Origin: Clostridia bacterium | GTDB lineage: Bacteria > Bacillota > Clostridia > HGM11514 | Length of the DNA stretch: 64,000 nucleotides | NCBI GenBank assembly: GCA_045586685.1 | Contig: JAZNAU010000039.1 | Coordinates: forward strand, 1 to 64,000 | Direction of reading: 5' to 3' | Shown here: piece after piece, positions 21,425 to 32,597 of the stretch | Layout: each line of letters opens with the position of its first letter | How positions within the stretch are numbered: the first letter of the stretch is position 1 | Position numbers and translations under genes: made by a program | Notes under the pieces: generated by a model | What the model was told of the DNA's origin: nothing | Database searches by the model: none | What the model saw: the letters and a program-made list of their open reading frames with translations, nothing else

Positions 21425-21682
21425 ATGTATCTTCATTTGGGACAGGATGTGGTGGTAAACACCATAGATGTGATTGCTATTTTGGATATGGATAATACCA
21501 CTATTTCAAAAATAACCAAAGAATTTTTAAAAAGCTCGGAGGAAGAAGGATTTGTGGTCAATGTTTCAGAAGACCTTCCAAAATCCTATGTATTATGTGA
21601 AAGAAATGGAAAACCGTATGTGTATATTTCTCCCATTTCTTCTTCCACTTTATTAAAAAGAGCGGAACAAAGCCGCATATAG
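21425..21682 (+). CDS. remB: RemB/YaaB (DUF370) family protein
   Basis: MYLHLG, YISPISSSTLLKR; between recF and gyrB. Confidence 0.85.
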   Translation: MYLHLGQDVVVNTIDVIAILDMDNTTISKITKEFLKSSEEEGFVVNVSEDLPKSYVLCERNGKPYVYISPISSSTLLKRAEQSRI

Positions 21683-21715
21683 TTAGCTTGACATACTGTG
21701 ATACAGGAGGAATAA

Positions 21716-23647
<1,932 letters not shown>

Positions 23648-23659
23648 CAGGAGTAAGCC

Positions 23660-26203
23660 ATGAAAAAATCAAATTTTGAAAATAATGATACCCACTTCGT
23701 AGAACATCTGGAAAACCAGACTATTGTAGAAGTCGATATCGAAAAAAGAATGAAAGAAGCTTTTATTGATTACGCCATGTCCGTTATCATCAGCCGTGCA
23801 CTTCCTGATGTGCGGGACGGTTTAAAGCCAGTTCACAGAAGAATTTTATATGCTATGTATGAAGAGCATCTGACAGCGGATAAACCCTTCTTTAAATCGG
23901 CTACCACTGTCGGTAATGTAATCGGTCGGTATCATCCTCACGGTGATGCTTCCGTTTACGATGCTCTGGTTCGTATGGCGCAGGATTTTTCCCTCCGTTA
24001 TCCTTTGATAGACGGTCACGGAAACTTTGGTTCTATTGACGGGGATCCTCCTGCTGCATACCGTTATACAGAAGCAAGAATGAGTAAAATTGCCAATGAA
24101 TTGTTGGCAGATATCAATAAAGATACGGTGAACTTTTCTCCCAACTTTGATGAAAAGCGAATAGAACCTACCGTTCTTCCTACCAGAATTCCTGTTTTGT
24201 TGGTAAATGGTTCTTCGGGTATTGCTGTTGGTATGGCAACCAATATTCCTTCTCATAATCTTCGGGAAGTGATTAACGGTGCCATTGCCCAGATGGAAAA
24301 CCCTGAAATTACAGTGGATGAATTGATGGAATATATTAAAGGTCCTGACTTCCCCACAAAAGCATCTATTATGGGCAGAACCGGTATCAGAAATGCCTAT
24401 GAAACAGGTCGTGGCAGAATTATTATCCGTGCAAAAACAGAAGTCATTGAAAATAAAGACGGCAGATATTCCATTGTGATTACCGAAATTCCTTATCAGC
24501 TGAAAAAGGTGGATTTGGTAAAATCCATTGCTGATTTAGTAAAGGAAAAGCGGGTTGACGGTATTGCAGATATTCGTGATTTGTCCTCGAAACGTGTGGG
24601 ATTAAAAATTATGATTGACCTGAAACGGGACGGTAATCCACAGATTGTGCTTAATCAGCTGTATAAGTTTACCCGTTTGCAGGATAGCTTTTCAATCAAT
24701 ATGCTTGCCATCGAGGATGGAAAGCCGAAAGTGTTGAGCTTAAAGCAAATTCTGCATAATTATATCAATTTCCAGAAAGAAATCGTTACCAGAAGAACGA
24801 AATATGATTTGAAAAAGGCAAAGGAACGGATGCACATTTTGGAAGGCTTGCGGATTGCCCTTGCCAATATTGATGAAGTCATTGAAATCATCAGAAGCTC
24901 TTATGATGATGCAAAAGAACGGTTGATGGAACGGTTTGGATTTTCTGATGTACAGGCACAAAGTGTTCTGGATATGCGTTTGGCACAGTTGCAACGCTTA
25001 AACGGTGAAAAGATAGAAGAAGAATATAACGGACTTGTGGCATTAACCAAAGAATATCAGGAAATTCTGGATAATGAAGAACGATTGAAGGAAGTCATCA
25101 AGGAAGAACTAACTGCCATTGCGAATAAATACGGAGATGAACGACTGACCAGCATTGAAGCTGCTATTGATGACGTGGATTATGAAGACCTGATTGAAGA
25201 AAAAGAAAATGTATTTACGATTACCCATTATGGTTATGTAAAACGTCTTCCTGTAGAAACCTACAGAAGCCAGAAACGCGGCGGTAAGGGTATCATGGGA
25301 CTCAGTACCCGTGAAGAGGACTTTATCGAAAATATGTTTGTTGCTTCCACCCACGATTATATTCTGTTCTTTACCAATCGAGGCAGAATGTATCACTTAA
25401 AGGGATATCAGATTCCGGAAGCGGGGAGACAAGCAAAGGGCACACCTATTGTCAACTTGTTGCCCATTGAACAAGACGAAAAGATAACAGCAGGGATTCA
25501 TGTTTCCAAGTTTGAAGAAGGGAAATTCCTGCTTATGGCAACCAAATATGGGGTTGTGAAGAAAACACCCTTGATTCAGTACGGTTCCTTAAGAAAAGGA
25601 GCGTTAAATGCCATTTCTCTTGATGAAGGGGATGACCTGATTAAGGTAAAACTCACAGACGGAAATGATACCATGCTTCTTGGTACCAGTCACGGTATGG
25701 CAATCAAATTTAACGAAAAAGATGTTCGTCCTATGGGAAGAACGGCACGTGGTGTTCGGGGTATCAGGTTAAAGGGAGATGATTTCTTAATCGGTATGAC
25801 CACTGTATCAGAAGAGGGCACCCTGCTTGCTGTTACCGAAAATGGCTATGGTAAGAAAACCTCTTTTGAAGAATACCGTGACCAGAGCCGTGGCGGAATG
25901 GGTATTTCTACTTATAAGATTACTGAGAAAACAGGAAATCTGATTGGGATTTCCAATGTAACAGAACAGGAAGATGTAATGCTGATTAACACAGAAGGAG
26001 TTATCATCCGTATGGCAGTTGCCTATATCAGTGAATACAAGCGTGCAACCCAAGGGGTTCGCCTGATTAAAATGGCGGATGGTGTTAAGGTTGTATCCCT
26101 GGCAATCACGGACCACGAGGAAGAGGAAGAGCAGGTGGTTGATAGTGTAACTCCTCCGGAAATTGCGGAAGAAAAGCAAGTACCGCCTGAGATTGAAGAA
26201 TAA
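23660..26203 (+). CDS. gyrA: DNA gyrase subunit A
   Basis: HPHGD, AAYRYTE, GyrA-box QKRGGKG, beta-pinwheel CTD. Confidence 0.97.
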   Translation: MKKSNFENNDTHFVEHLENQTIVEVDIEKRMKEAFIDYAMSVIISRALPDVRDGLKPVHRRILYAMYEEHLTADKPFFKSATTVGNVIGRYHPHGDASVYDALVRMAQDFSLRYPLIDGHGNFGSIDGDPPAAYRYTEARMSKIANELLADINKDTVNFSPNFDEKRIEPTVLPTRIPVLLVNGSSGIAVGMATNIPSHNLREVINGAIAQMENPEITVDELMEYIKGPDFPTKASIMGRTGIRNAYETGRGRIIIRAKTEVIENKDGRYSIVITEIPYQLKKVDLVKSIADLVKEKRVDGIADIRDLSSKRVGLKIMIDLKRDGNPQIVLNQLYKFTRLQDSFSINMLAIEDGKPKVLSLKQILHNYINFQKEIVTRRTKYDLKKAKERMHILEGLRIALANIDEVIEIIRSSYDDAKERLMERFGFSDVQAQSVLDMRLAQLQRLNGEKIEEEYNGLVALTKEYQEILDNEERLKEVIKEELTAIANKYGDERLTSIEAAIDDVDYEDLIEEKENVFTITHYGYVKRLPVETYRSQKRGGKGIMGLSTREEDFIENMFVASTHDYILFFTNRGRMYHLKGYQIPEAGRQAKGTPIVNLLPIEQDEKITAGIHVSKFEEGKFLLMATKYGVVKKTPLIQYGSLRKGALNAISLDEGDDLIKVKLTDGNDTMLLGTSHGMAIKFNEKDVRPMGRTARGVRGIRLKGDDFLIGMTTVSEEGTLLAVTENGYGKKTSFEEYRDQSRGGMGISTYKITEKTGNLIGISNVTEQEDVMLINTEGVIIRMAVAYISEYKRATQGVRLIKMADGVKVVSLAITDHEEEEEQVVDSVTPPEIAEEKQVPPEIEE

Positions 26204-26207
26204 TGAG

Positions 26208-26242
26208 AAAAAACCATCGGAAGACGATTCCGATGGTTTTTT
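26208..26242. terminator. Bidirectional intrinsic terminator after gyrA
   Basis: AAAAAACCATCGGAA/TTCCGATGGTTTTTT. Confidence 0.8.
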
Positions 26243-26292
26243 AATCATATAGAAAAGCAGAAAACCCCGAACACAAACGTGAACGGGGTTTT

Positions 26293-26369
<77 letters not shown>

Positions 26370-26444
26370 AAATAACTAACAAAAATTATTATACCACACA
26401 TTTTCAAAAAAAGCAATCTTTTTTTTTAAAATATAGAAAAATTT

Positions 26445-27086
26445 TTATAGAATCCCTTTCCAAACCAATGCACTTAACACGCAGGTGGCTAATAACAGAA
26501 TGGAAACCAGAAAAATTCCAATTTTATTATTCTTTGGTGCAGCGGCGGGTTCCAATAACTTTGTTTTCCGCAAAGCAGAAACAATGGGACGGTACAGAAG
26601 TAAAGTAATGGACATATTGAGTCCCCCTTTTAATAAGTTAAAGGGAAGAAAGACGGGCAATAACATTTTCGCAACGGATTCTCTGGGCATAATCAAATAA
26701 ATGGGGGTAATCAGATAATTCCATAACAGCATAATTCCTGTCATTGCAATAACACCAACGGTCAATCCCATGACTGCACCGGACAGGGTGTGTTTCCGTT
26801 TATAAATGGCAGCAGCCGTACAGGCAAAGGCACAGCTTGAAATCAGATTCATAATTCCGCCAATTAGTCCTGTGTCACTCACAGTAATCATTTCAACAAA
26901 AGCAACAACCAATGAAACCAAAAAGGAAACCAACGGGCCAAACAAAAACCCGCCCATGGTAATCAGAACATCCTTTGGTTCATATTTTAAAAATGAAACA
27001 ATGGGAATCCGACATACCAGCATTGCCACATACGACATGGCACAAAGCATTGCCACCGTTGTTAATTTTTTTGTTTTTGAATTCAT
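26445..27086 (-). CDS. ribU: ECF transporter S component, probably riboflavin (RibU)
   Basis: Multi-TM S-component (FLKYEPKD, LPFNLLKG) directly downstream of an FMN riboswitch. Confidence 0.85.
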   Translation of the reverse strand: MNSKTKKLTTVAMLCAMSYVAMLVCRIPIVSFLKYEPKDVLITMGGFLFGPLVSFLVSLVVAFVEMITVSDTGLIGGIMNLISSCAFACTAAAIYKRKHTLSGAVMGLTVGVIAMTGIMLLWNYLITPIYLIMPRESVAKMLLPVFLPFNLLKGGLNMSITLLLYRPIVSALRKTKLLEPAAAPKNNKIGIFLVSILLLATCVLSALVWKGIL

Positions 27087-27115
27087 AAAGTTTTTCCCCT
27101 TTCATTATACAATCA

Positions 27116-27146
27116 AAAACACCTGAATGGCAGGTCATTCAGGTGC
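27116..27146 (-). terminator. Terminator of FMN riboswitch expression platform
   Basis: CACCTGAATG/CATTCAGGTG stem followed by TTTTT on the minus strand. Confidence 0.8.
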
Positions 27147-27165
27147 AGTAAGGCAAAGTGTTGCC

Positions 27166-27274
27166 ATCTTCTTTCATCCAGACTATACTGTCGGTTTTGG
27201 AATTACACCAAATCATGCATACATGCTTGCGGACTATACCGCCGATCGGGAATTTCACCCTGCCCTGAAGACAT
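27166..27274 (-). ncRNA. FMN riboswitch (RFN element)
   Basis: TCTTCAGGGCAGGGTGAAATTCCCGATCGGCGGT...GGTGTAATTCC...ACCGACAGTATAGTCTGGATGAAAGAAGA matches the RFN consensus. Confidence 0.95.
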
Positions 27275-27516
27275 TGTATTCAACTGTTAGTATCATTATA
27301 CCAAAATAGTTATCCCTTGTCAAGGTTTGTAAAATTGTAATGAAATTGCAATTATCTTGTAATAACGACGTAATATGACAGGCTTCTTTCCCCTTCTTAT
27401 GTTACAGACATATTACGACAATGGAAAAAAATGTAAAAAACTTTTAAAAAACACTTGCAATAATTTCCAATATATGGTATAATATGGAATATAATAACAG
27501 GAAAAGGAGTATTATT

Positions 27517-28284
27517 ATGGAGAAACTTAAGATTTTTATGGCGGATGACAGTGTGGAATTTTGTGAAAATGTAAGTGATATGGTCAATCAGCAAGCTAGT
27601 ATGGAAATGGTTGGTGTTGCTTACAACGGGGAAGAAGCGTATGACAAAATTTGTTGTTTAAATCCTGATGTGGTATTGTTGGACAACTGTATGCCTTATA
27701 TGGACGGGCTGGATGTTGTAAAAAAGATTCAGGATAACAAGGATTTGCTTCCAAAGGTTCCCGTTTTCATTATGCTCACCGCCATGAGTCGGGAAAAAAC
27801 AATGCAGACAGCCATGCGATTGGGAGTGGACTATTATTTGGTAAAGCCTATCGATTTAAACATTTTAATGGAACGGATTCAGCAATTTTCCGGAACAGAC
27901 CGATTGTTTATGCCTACGGCTTCCTTGCCGGTAACAGAAGATCTGGAAACCAGAGTCACAAAAATCATGCACGAGGTTGCCATTCCGGCACACATCAAGG
28001 GATACCAATATTTAAGAGAAGCCATACTGTTGGTGATAGACGATGTAGATTTACTAAATGCCATTACCAAACAGCTATATCCCATGGTTGCAAAGAAATT
28101 TGCTACTACCCATTCCAGAGTGGAGCGTGCCATTCGTCATGCAATTGAGGTGGCATGGGACAGAGGGGACCCTGATGTTCTTTCCTCTTATTTTGGCTAT
28201 ACCATTCATACCAATCGCGGGAAGCCTACCAATTCCGAATTTATTGCCATGATTTCGGATAAAATTCGCTTGGCAATGAAGTAG
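27517..28284 (+). CDS. spo0A: Spo0A-family sporulation response regulator
   Basis: Receiver domain plus [38 protein letters not shown]; start at ATG after AAGGAG. Confidence 0.88.
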   Translation: MEKLKIFMADDSVEFCENVSDMVNQQASMEMVGVAYNGEEAYDKICCLNPDVVLLDNCMPYMDGLDVVKKIQDNKDLLPKVPVFIMLTAMSREKTMQTAMRLGVDYYLVKPIDLNILMERIQQFSGTDRLFMPTASLPVTEDLETRVTKIMHEVAIPAHIKGYQYLREAILLVIDDVDLLNAITKQLYPMVAKKFATTHSRVERAIRHAIEVAWDRGDPDVLSSYFGYTIHTNRGKPTNSEFIAMISDKIRLAMK

Positions 28285-28287
28285 TAT

Positions 28288-28470
28288 AGAAAAGCCTATC
28301 CTCCGAACAGTGAAACTTAAGCTGCAAGCACGGACGAGAAACCAAGAAAACACGTATTGTGTTTTCTGTTTCGAGTTCAGCGGAGTTGCTTAAGTGAGCG
28401 ACCGAGAGGGGGTGGAGGCTGGACAGAGAAAAGCCTATGCCTCGAGCAACGAAACGTAAGCCGAAAGTGC
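28288..28470. repeat. Palindromic intergenic element with imperfect 44-bp direct repeat (REP/MITE-like)
   Basis: AGAAAAGCCTAT...GAAAC.TAAGC at 28288 and 28427; nested inverted repeats ACTTAAGC/GCTTAAGT and AGAAAACAC/GTGTTTTCT. Confidence 0.55.
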
Positions 28471-28510
28471 AAAAAAACCGTTGGACAATAATAAACTCCG
28501 ACGGTTTTTT
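28471..28510. terminator. Bidirectional terminator downstream of spo0A
   Basis: AAAAAAACCGTTGGA/TCCGACGGTTTTTT. Confidence 0.7.
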
Positions 28511-28696
28511 CTTGTAAAATAAGAAATAAATTGAAAAAGAAAAAGGAATATGATATAATGATTTTGCAAAGCAAACTTAATAAATTGCCTTGCGGCGTAA
28601 ATTGAAATCGAAGATTTCATGAATTGTACTAAAGTGCATTGAAAGGCAATTTATGGAGCAATAGAGCACCTTACTTAAGTACATAGGAGAAAGTGT

Positions 28697-29899
28697 ATGA
28701 ATACAGTAAAAAACAGAATGGTGGGTCCGGATATTATAAAAAGTATGGCGGCAGTTCTTGTCATTTTTACCCACCACAAAAGTCAAAGCAGTCCGGATTT
28801 TTATTTAAAATACGGCTTGTTGGTTTTTTTCTTTTTGTTTATCGCTATAGGGTTGTCGGCGGGCATTGTCCGATATGGAAAGAAAAAGCAATGGAGCGAA
28901 AAAATGCTTTATTGGGCAAAGAGGGCACCCTATCTTTTGGTGGCATCTCTTTTTCTGCTTTATAAATTTTCGGTCTCCTTTTTCCTGATGATTTCAGGAT
29001 TTATGCTGACCTTTTCCATAGAAAGAATGGAACATCCTCTGAGGGAATGGTATCGTCCTCATCAGTTGCTTCCCCGAATTCTTCGTTTTTACCTTCCTTT
29101 TATTCCAATTTTACTTGCCGGACTTTTCATTCATATCGTTTTGCAAGAAAAGACCTATGATACCACCGGCATTCTGAAACGAATTTTTCTGGGGGGATTT
29201 GCACCGGGGAGCTATTACATAGTGGTCATGGTACAATTTATGTTTCTGTTTCCTCTTTTGTATCTGATTGTAAAACGGTGGAGGGGAAAGGGCATTTGCT
29301 TTCTGTTGTTGATGACCCTCATTTGGGACCTTTTTGCCACCTGTTGGGTTCCCATTTCTGTCAATAGCTATAAATTCTGTGCGTTTCGGTTAATTCCTCA
29401 GGTTTCTTTGGGGATTTATGCAAGGTTGACGGATTTACAAAAACACCCTTCCTTACATTGGGAGATGCTAATTATAGGATTTCTTTGCTATTTTATGTTT
29501 GACTTTTTTCCGTTAAAACACCTGTCCTTGTTTTACCAATGGCCTTGCGCCAACTTATTTGTTGCATTATTTTTATATCCGTTTTTGGTATGGACGCTTT
29601 CTGCATTTCAAAAGGTTTCTTATACAGATTCTAAAATCAGTTACAGTATCATCACCTTTTCCAATGCAACCTACCATATTTTTTTGGTACAAATGCTGTT
29701 GTATAACGTGATTTTGTATGCATGGAACGAACAGGTCAATAATATTTTTCTTACCATGCCTGTCAATCTTTTCATTTGTATTACGGGAGGTCTCCTTTAC
29801 TATCGGTGGCTTAGCCCTGTGGAACACAAGATGTTAAAGGGGTTAAAATCCCGCTTGATGCCCCAAAAACGAAAAAGCAGAGAAAAGCAGATTTCCTGA
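28697..29899 (+). CDS. Acyltransferase-3 (OafA-like) membrane protein
   Basis: DIIKSMAAVLVIFTH, FFLMISGF, RILRFYLPF, YHIFLVQ; many TM segments. Confidence 0.75.
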   Translation: MNTVKNRMVGPDIIKSMAAVLVIFTHHKSQSSPDFYLKYGLLVFFFLFIAIGLSAGIVRYGKKKQWSEKMLYWAKRAPYLLVASLFLLYKFSVSFFLMISGFMLTFSIERMEHPLREWYRPHQLLPRILRFYLPFIPILLAGLFIHIVLQEKTYDTTGILKRIFLGGFAPGSYYIVVMVQFMFLFPLLYLIVKRWRGKGICFLLLMTLIWDLFATCWVPISVNSYKFCAFRLIPQVSLGIYARLTDLQKHPSLHWEMLIIGFLCYFMFDFFPLKHLSLFYQWPCANLFVALFLYPFLVWTLSAFQKVSYTDSKISYSIITFSNATYHIFLVQMLLYNVILYAWNEQVNNIFLTMPVNLFICITGGLLYYRWLSPVEHKMLKGLKSRLMPQKRKSREKQIS

Positions 29900-29913
29900 C
29901 CGTAAAAAATGTT

Positions 29914-30147
29914 TTATAAGGATATCTTGTTAATCTTTTTAATGCAATCACGGCATATCATTTTTTCCTCAAGAGAAATTAAATCATCCTCAGTTTCGCA
30001 GAAGATGCAAGTGGGATATGCTTTTTTAATCATTAGAGTATTCATTTGTAAACTGACATCCAATTCATCTCCGGCTTGTATATTCATTTTCCGCCTGTAT
30101 TTGACAGGTATGACAAAACGCCCTAAGGAATCAAGTTCATTTTTCAT
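29914..30147 (-). CDS. abrB: AbrB-family transition-state regulator paralog 2 (77 aa)
   Basis: LDSLGRFVIPVKYRRKMNI plus clostridial CIFC...ICRDC tail; GGAGG RBS before ATG 30147. Confidence 0.88.
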   Translation of the reverse strand: MKNELDSLGRFVIPVKYRRKMNIQAGDELDVSLQMNTLMIKKAYPTCIFCETEDDLISLEEKMICRDCIKKINKISL

Positions 30148-30163
30148 AATTTTTTTCCTCCAA

Positions 30164-30331
30164 ATAAAAAATGTGTGGCAATCAACGAAAGCCACACATG
30201 AAAAATGTACGTCTCTCGTTATTGTCACACAACTCAAATATTTCACCATTACACGCAATGAAATAAAACGTACATTTTTACCAAAAGAAAAAATTACGCA
30301 TAATGGATTTCTATATCGAATTGTGTGACAT
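30164..30331 (-). ncRNA. Candidate structured leader RNA/attenuator, copy 2
   Basis: Stem 30321-30330/30223-30232, loop strand 30265-30279 complementary to 30201-30215, terminator 30166-30199. Confidence 0.75.
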
Positions 30332-30335
30332 AATG

Positions 30336-30364
30336 ATTATATCACAAAAAATTTGATTTGTAAA
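30336..30364 (-). promoter_or_regulatory. Sigma-A promoter of leader copy 2
   Basis: TTTACA-N17-TATAAT with TG extension; -35 abuts the T-tract of copy 3. Confidence 0.75.
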
Positions 30365-30536
30365 TAAAAAATGTGTGGCAATCAACGAAAGCCACACATA
30401 AAAAACGCATAGCTCTCAATTATTGTCACATAATTTAATACACTATTATCACAAAGCGTATCCAAAAAAGAGCTTGCATTTTTATCAAAAAAATGCCGCT
30501 TTGCGATAACATTTTTATAATTAAATTATGTGACAT
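30365..30536 (-). ncRNA. Candidate structured leader RNA/attenuator, copy 3 (tandem, terminator exactly 200 bp from copy 2)
   Basis: Stem 30520-30535/30424-30439, loop strand 30469-30483 complementary to 30401-30416, terminator 30366-30399. Confidence 0.75.
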
Positions 30537-30540
30537 TTTG

Positions 30541-30569
30541 ATTATATCACAAAAATTTTTATTTGTAAA
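30541..30569 (-). promoter_or_regulatory. Sigma-A promoter of leader copy 3
   Basis: TTTACA-N17-TATAAT with TG extension. Confidence 0.75.
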
Positions 30570-30623
30570 TACAAAAATAATAAAAATGGAAAAATTTACA
30601 TGGCACTTGTTTATACTCCGTTG

Positions 30624-30657
30624 AAAAAACTCCCCCGATGGTTCGGAGGAGTTTTTT
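30624..30657. terminator. Terminator downstream of fucI
   Basis: AAAAAACTCC-CCGA/TCGG-GGAGTTTTTT. Confidence 0.75.
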
Positions 30658-30673
30658 GTGATAAGAACAAATA

Positions 30674-32482
30674 TTATTTGTAGAGAGGTCCATAGGTCTG
30701 GCAAGCTCTGTAGTCCTGTCCTTCCTTGTCCATACCAAACGCATTCCATGCAGCGGGTCTGAAGATGTTGTCTTCGGGAACGTTGTGCATGCAAACGGGG
30801 ATTCTCAAGATAGAGCACAGGGTAATCAGGTCGGCACCGATATGACCGTAGGAAATAGCACCGTGGTTCGCACCCCAGTTATTCATTACATCATAAGCGG
30901 TCTTGAAGGGAGAGCCTTCTTTCCCGTCACATCTGGGAGCAAACCATGTGCAAGGCCAGGTGTAGTCGGTACGAGCCCAGATTTTATCAGAAACTTCATC
31001 AGGCAGTTCAATGGTCCAGCCTTCCGCAATTTGCAGAACAGGACCGATTCCCTTTACTAAGTTTAATCTCATCATGGTAGCGGGCATTTCTGCACGGGTT
31101 AAGAATCTGGAAGAGAAACCGCCTCCTCTGAAGTATCCCAAATCTGCCATATTCCAAGTGGTAGCAGCCATTACCTTGTCCTGATCCTCTTGGGTCATTT
31201 CATACCAAGGCTTCATGATGCCGTTTCCATTTTCATCTTTTACTTCACCGCAAGCATCCAGACAGCAAGCACCGGAGTTAATCAGATGAATAAAGCCGTC
31301 TGCATCCTTTGCCTTGCCTTTGATTTTATAGCCGGTGGCTTTCTTTACCGCATCACCGCTCCAGTAAGTTCTTACATCAGCAAACATCTGAGGTCTGTTG
31401 GTTAAGAGCTTACCGAACAGCATACAAAAGCTGTTTAATACGTCATTTTCTGTTGCCAGAATGTAAGGTTCTCTTGCACCGTTCCAGTCAAAAGAAGTGT
31501 TGAGCATTGCTTCGGGGAAGTCACAGTTGGGATAAAAGTCTGTCCACTGTCTCTGACCCTGGAAGCCTGCTGCAATGGCGTTGTGACCCACTCTTTCTTC
31601 TTCACAGCCTTCAGGCAGATTTTCATTTCCGTTTATCAAATCCTTGATGATACAAGCCATTTTTACAACAAATGCAAACTGCTCTTCTTTTTCTGCATCG
31701 GATTTCTGCATATCAACAGGGTTTTTATCAAAGCCCATGTTGCATTTTTCTTTTGCCCAAGCAAGAGCTTTCTGATATTCTGCTTCGTCATAGATGCCCT
31801 CTGACATTCTTCTGATGACTTCTACCTCGTCAACAGATTCCACTCTCATACCGAAATAATCTTCGATGAAAGCAGTGTCAATAATAGAACCGCCGATACC
31901 CATGCAGATAGAACCAATCTGTAAGTAAGATTTTCCTCTCATGGTGGCAGCTGCAACAGCCGCACGGCCAAACCGTAACAGCTTTTCTTCCACATCTGCG
32001 GGAATCTGACCGCACTCATCAATATTCTGAACGTCATGTCCGTAAATACCAAATGCAGGCAATCCTTTCTGTGCATGAGAAGCCAAAACGGCTGCTAAGT
32101 AAACCGCACCGGGACGTTCTGTTCCGTTAAAGCCCCAAACCCCTTTGATGGTGTTCTTGTCCATATCCATGGTTTCAGAACCGTAGCACCAGCAAGGAGT
32201 AACGGTCAGGGTAATGTCAACCCCTTCTTTTTTAAATTTATCAGCACAAGCAGCAGCTTCTGCAACACGGCCGATGGTGGTGTCTGCAATAACAACCTTA
32301 ACAGGTTCGCCGTTGGAGTATTTCAAGTTTTCCTCAAACAGTTTTGCGGCAGCTTTTGCCATTCCCATTGTTTGATCCTCCAAGGATTCTCTTACCTTCA
32401 GGGGACCTCTTCTTCCGTCAATGGTAGGACGGATTCCGATTACCGGATAATCTCCGATCAATCTGCTCTTTGCCATTTTCAT
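30674..32482 (-). CDS. fucI: L-fucose isomerase
   Basis: [41 protein letters not shown]. Confidence 0.95.
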   Translation of the reverse strand: MKMAKSRLIGDYPVIGIRPTIDGRRGPLKVRESLEDQTMGMAKAAAKLFEENLKYSNGEPVKVVIADTTIGRVAEAAACADKFKKEGVDITLTVTPCWCYGSETMDMDKNTIKGVWGFNGTERPGAVYLAAVLASHAQKGLPAFGIYGHDVQNIDECGQIPADVEEKLLRFGRAAVAAATMRGKSYLQIGSICMGIGGSIIDTAFIEDYFGMRVESVDEVEVIRRMSEGIYDEAEYQKALAWAKEKCNMGFDKNPVDMQKSDAEKEEQFAFVVKMACIIKDLINGNENLPEGCEEERVGHNAIAAGFQGQRQWTDFYPNCDFPEAMLNTSFDWNGAREPYILATENDVLNSFCMLFGKLLTNRPQMFADVRTYWSGDAVKKATGYKIKGKAKDADGFIHLINSGACCLDACGEVKDENGNGIMKPWYEMTQEDQDKVMAATTWNMADLGYFRGGGFSSRFLTRAEMPATMMRLNLVKGIGPVLQIAEGWTIELPDEVSDKIWARTDYTWPCTWFAPRCDGKEGSPFKTAYDVMNNWGANHGAISYGHIGADLITLCSILRIPVCMHNVPEDNIFRPAAWNAFGMDKEGQDYRACQTYGPLYK

Positions 32483-32597
32483 TTCCTCCTTATTGATAAA
32501 AATTTTCTTTATAATATCATTATATACTTGACTTTTATGGAATACTTGGAGTATAATAGTAAAAAAGTATAATTATATTCACTTTTTGGAGGAGAGC

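Noticed and set aside
27127-27309. 60-aa ORF
   Set aside because: Antisense to the FMN riboswitch.
30148-30258. N-terminal extension of abrB in the ORF track
   Set aside because: It runs through the terminator; the RBS and paralog 1 place the start at 30147.
30166-30399. Identical 34-nt repeats as a CRISPR array
   Set aside because: Only two adjacent copies 200 bp apart, the intervening sequences are homologous structured units with promoters, the repeat is a terminator, and no cas genes are present.
30435-30536. 33-aa hydrophobic peptide MSHNLIIK... as a type I toxin
   Set aside because: The equivalent frame stops after 6 codons in copy 2 and has no start in copy 1; no RBS.
30164-30569. 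T-box, 6S RNA or type III toxin-antitoxin RNA identity for the leader
   Set aside because: No T-box UGGNACC bulge. The 5' and 3' ends do not close into a single 6S-like rod. Units are ~200 nt with their own promoters, and the downstream gene is AbrB, not an RNase toxin.
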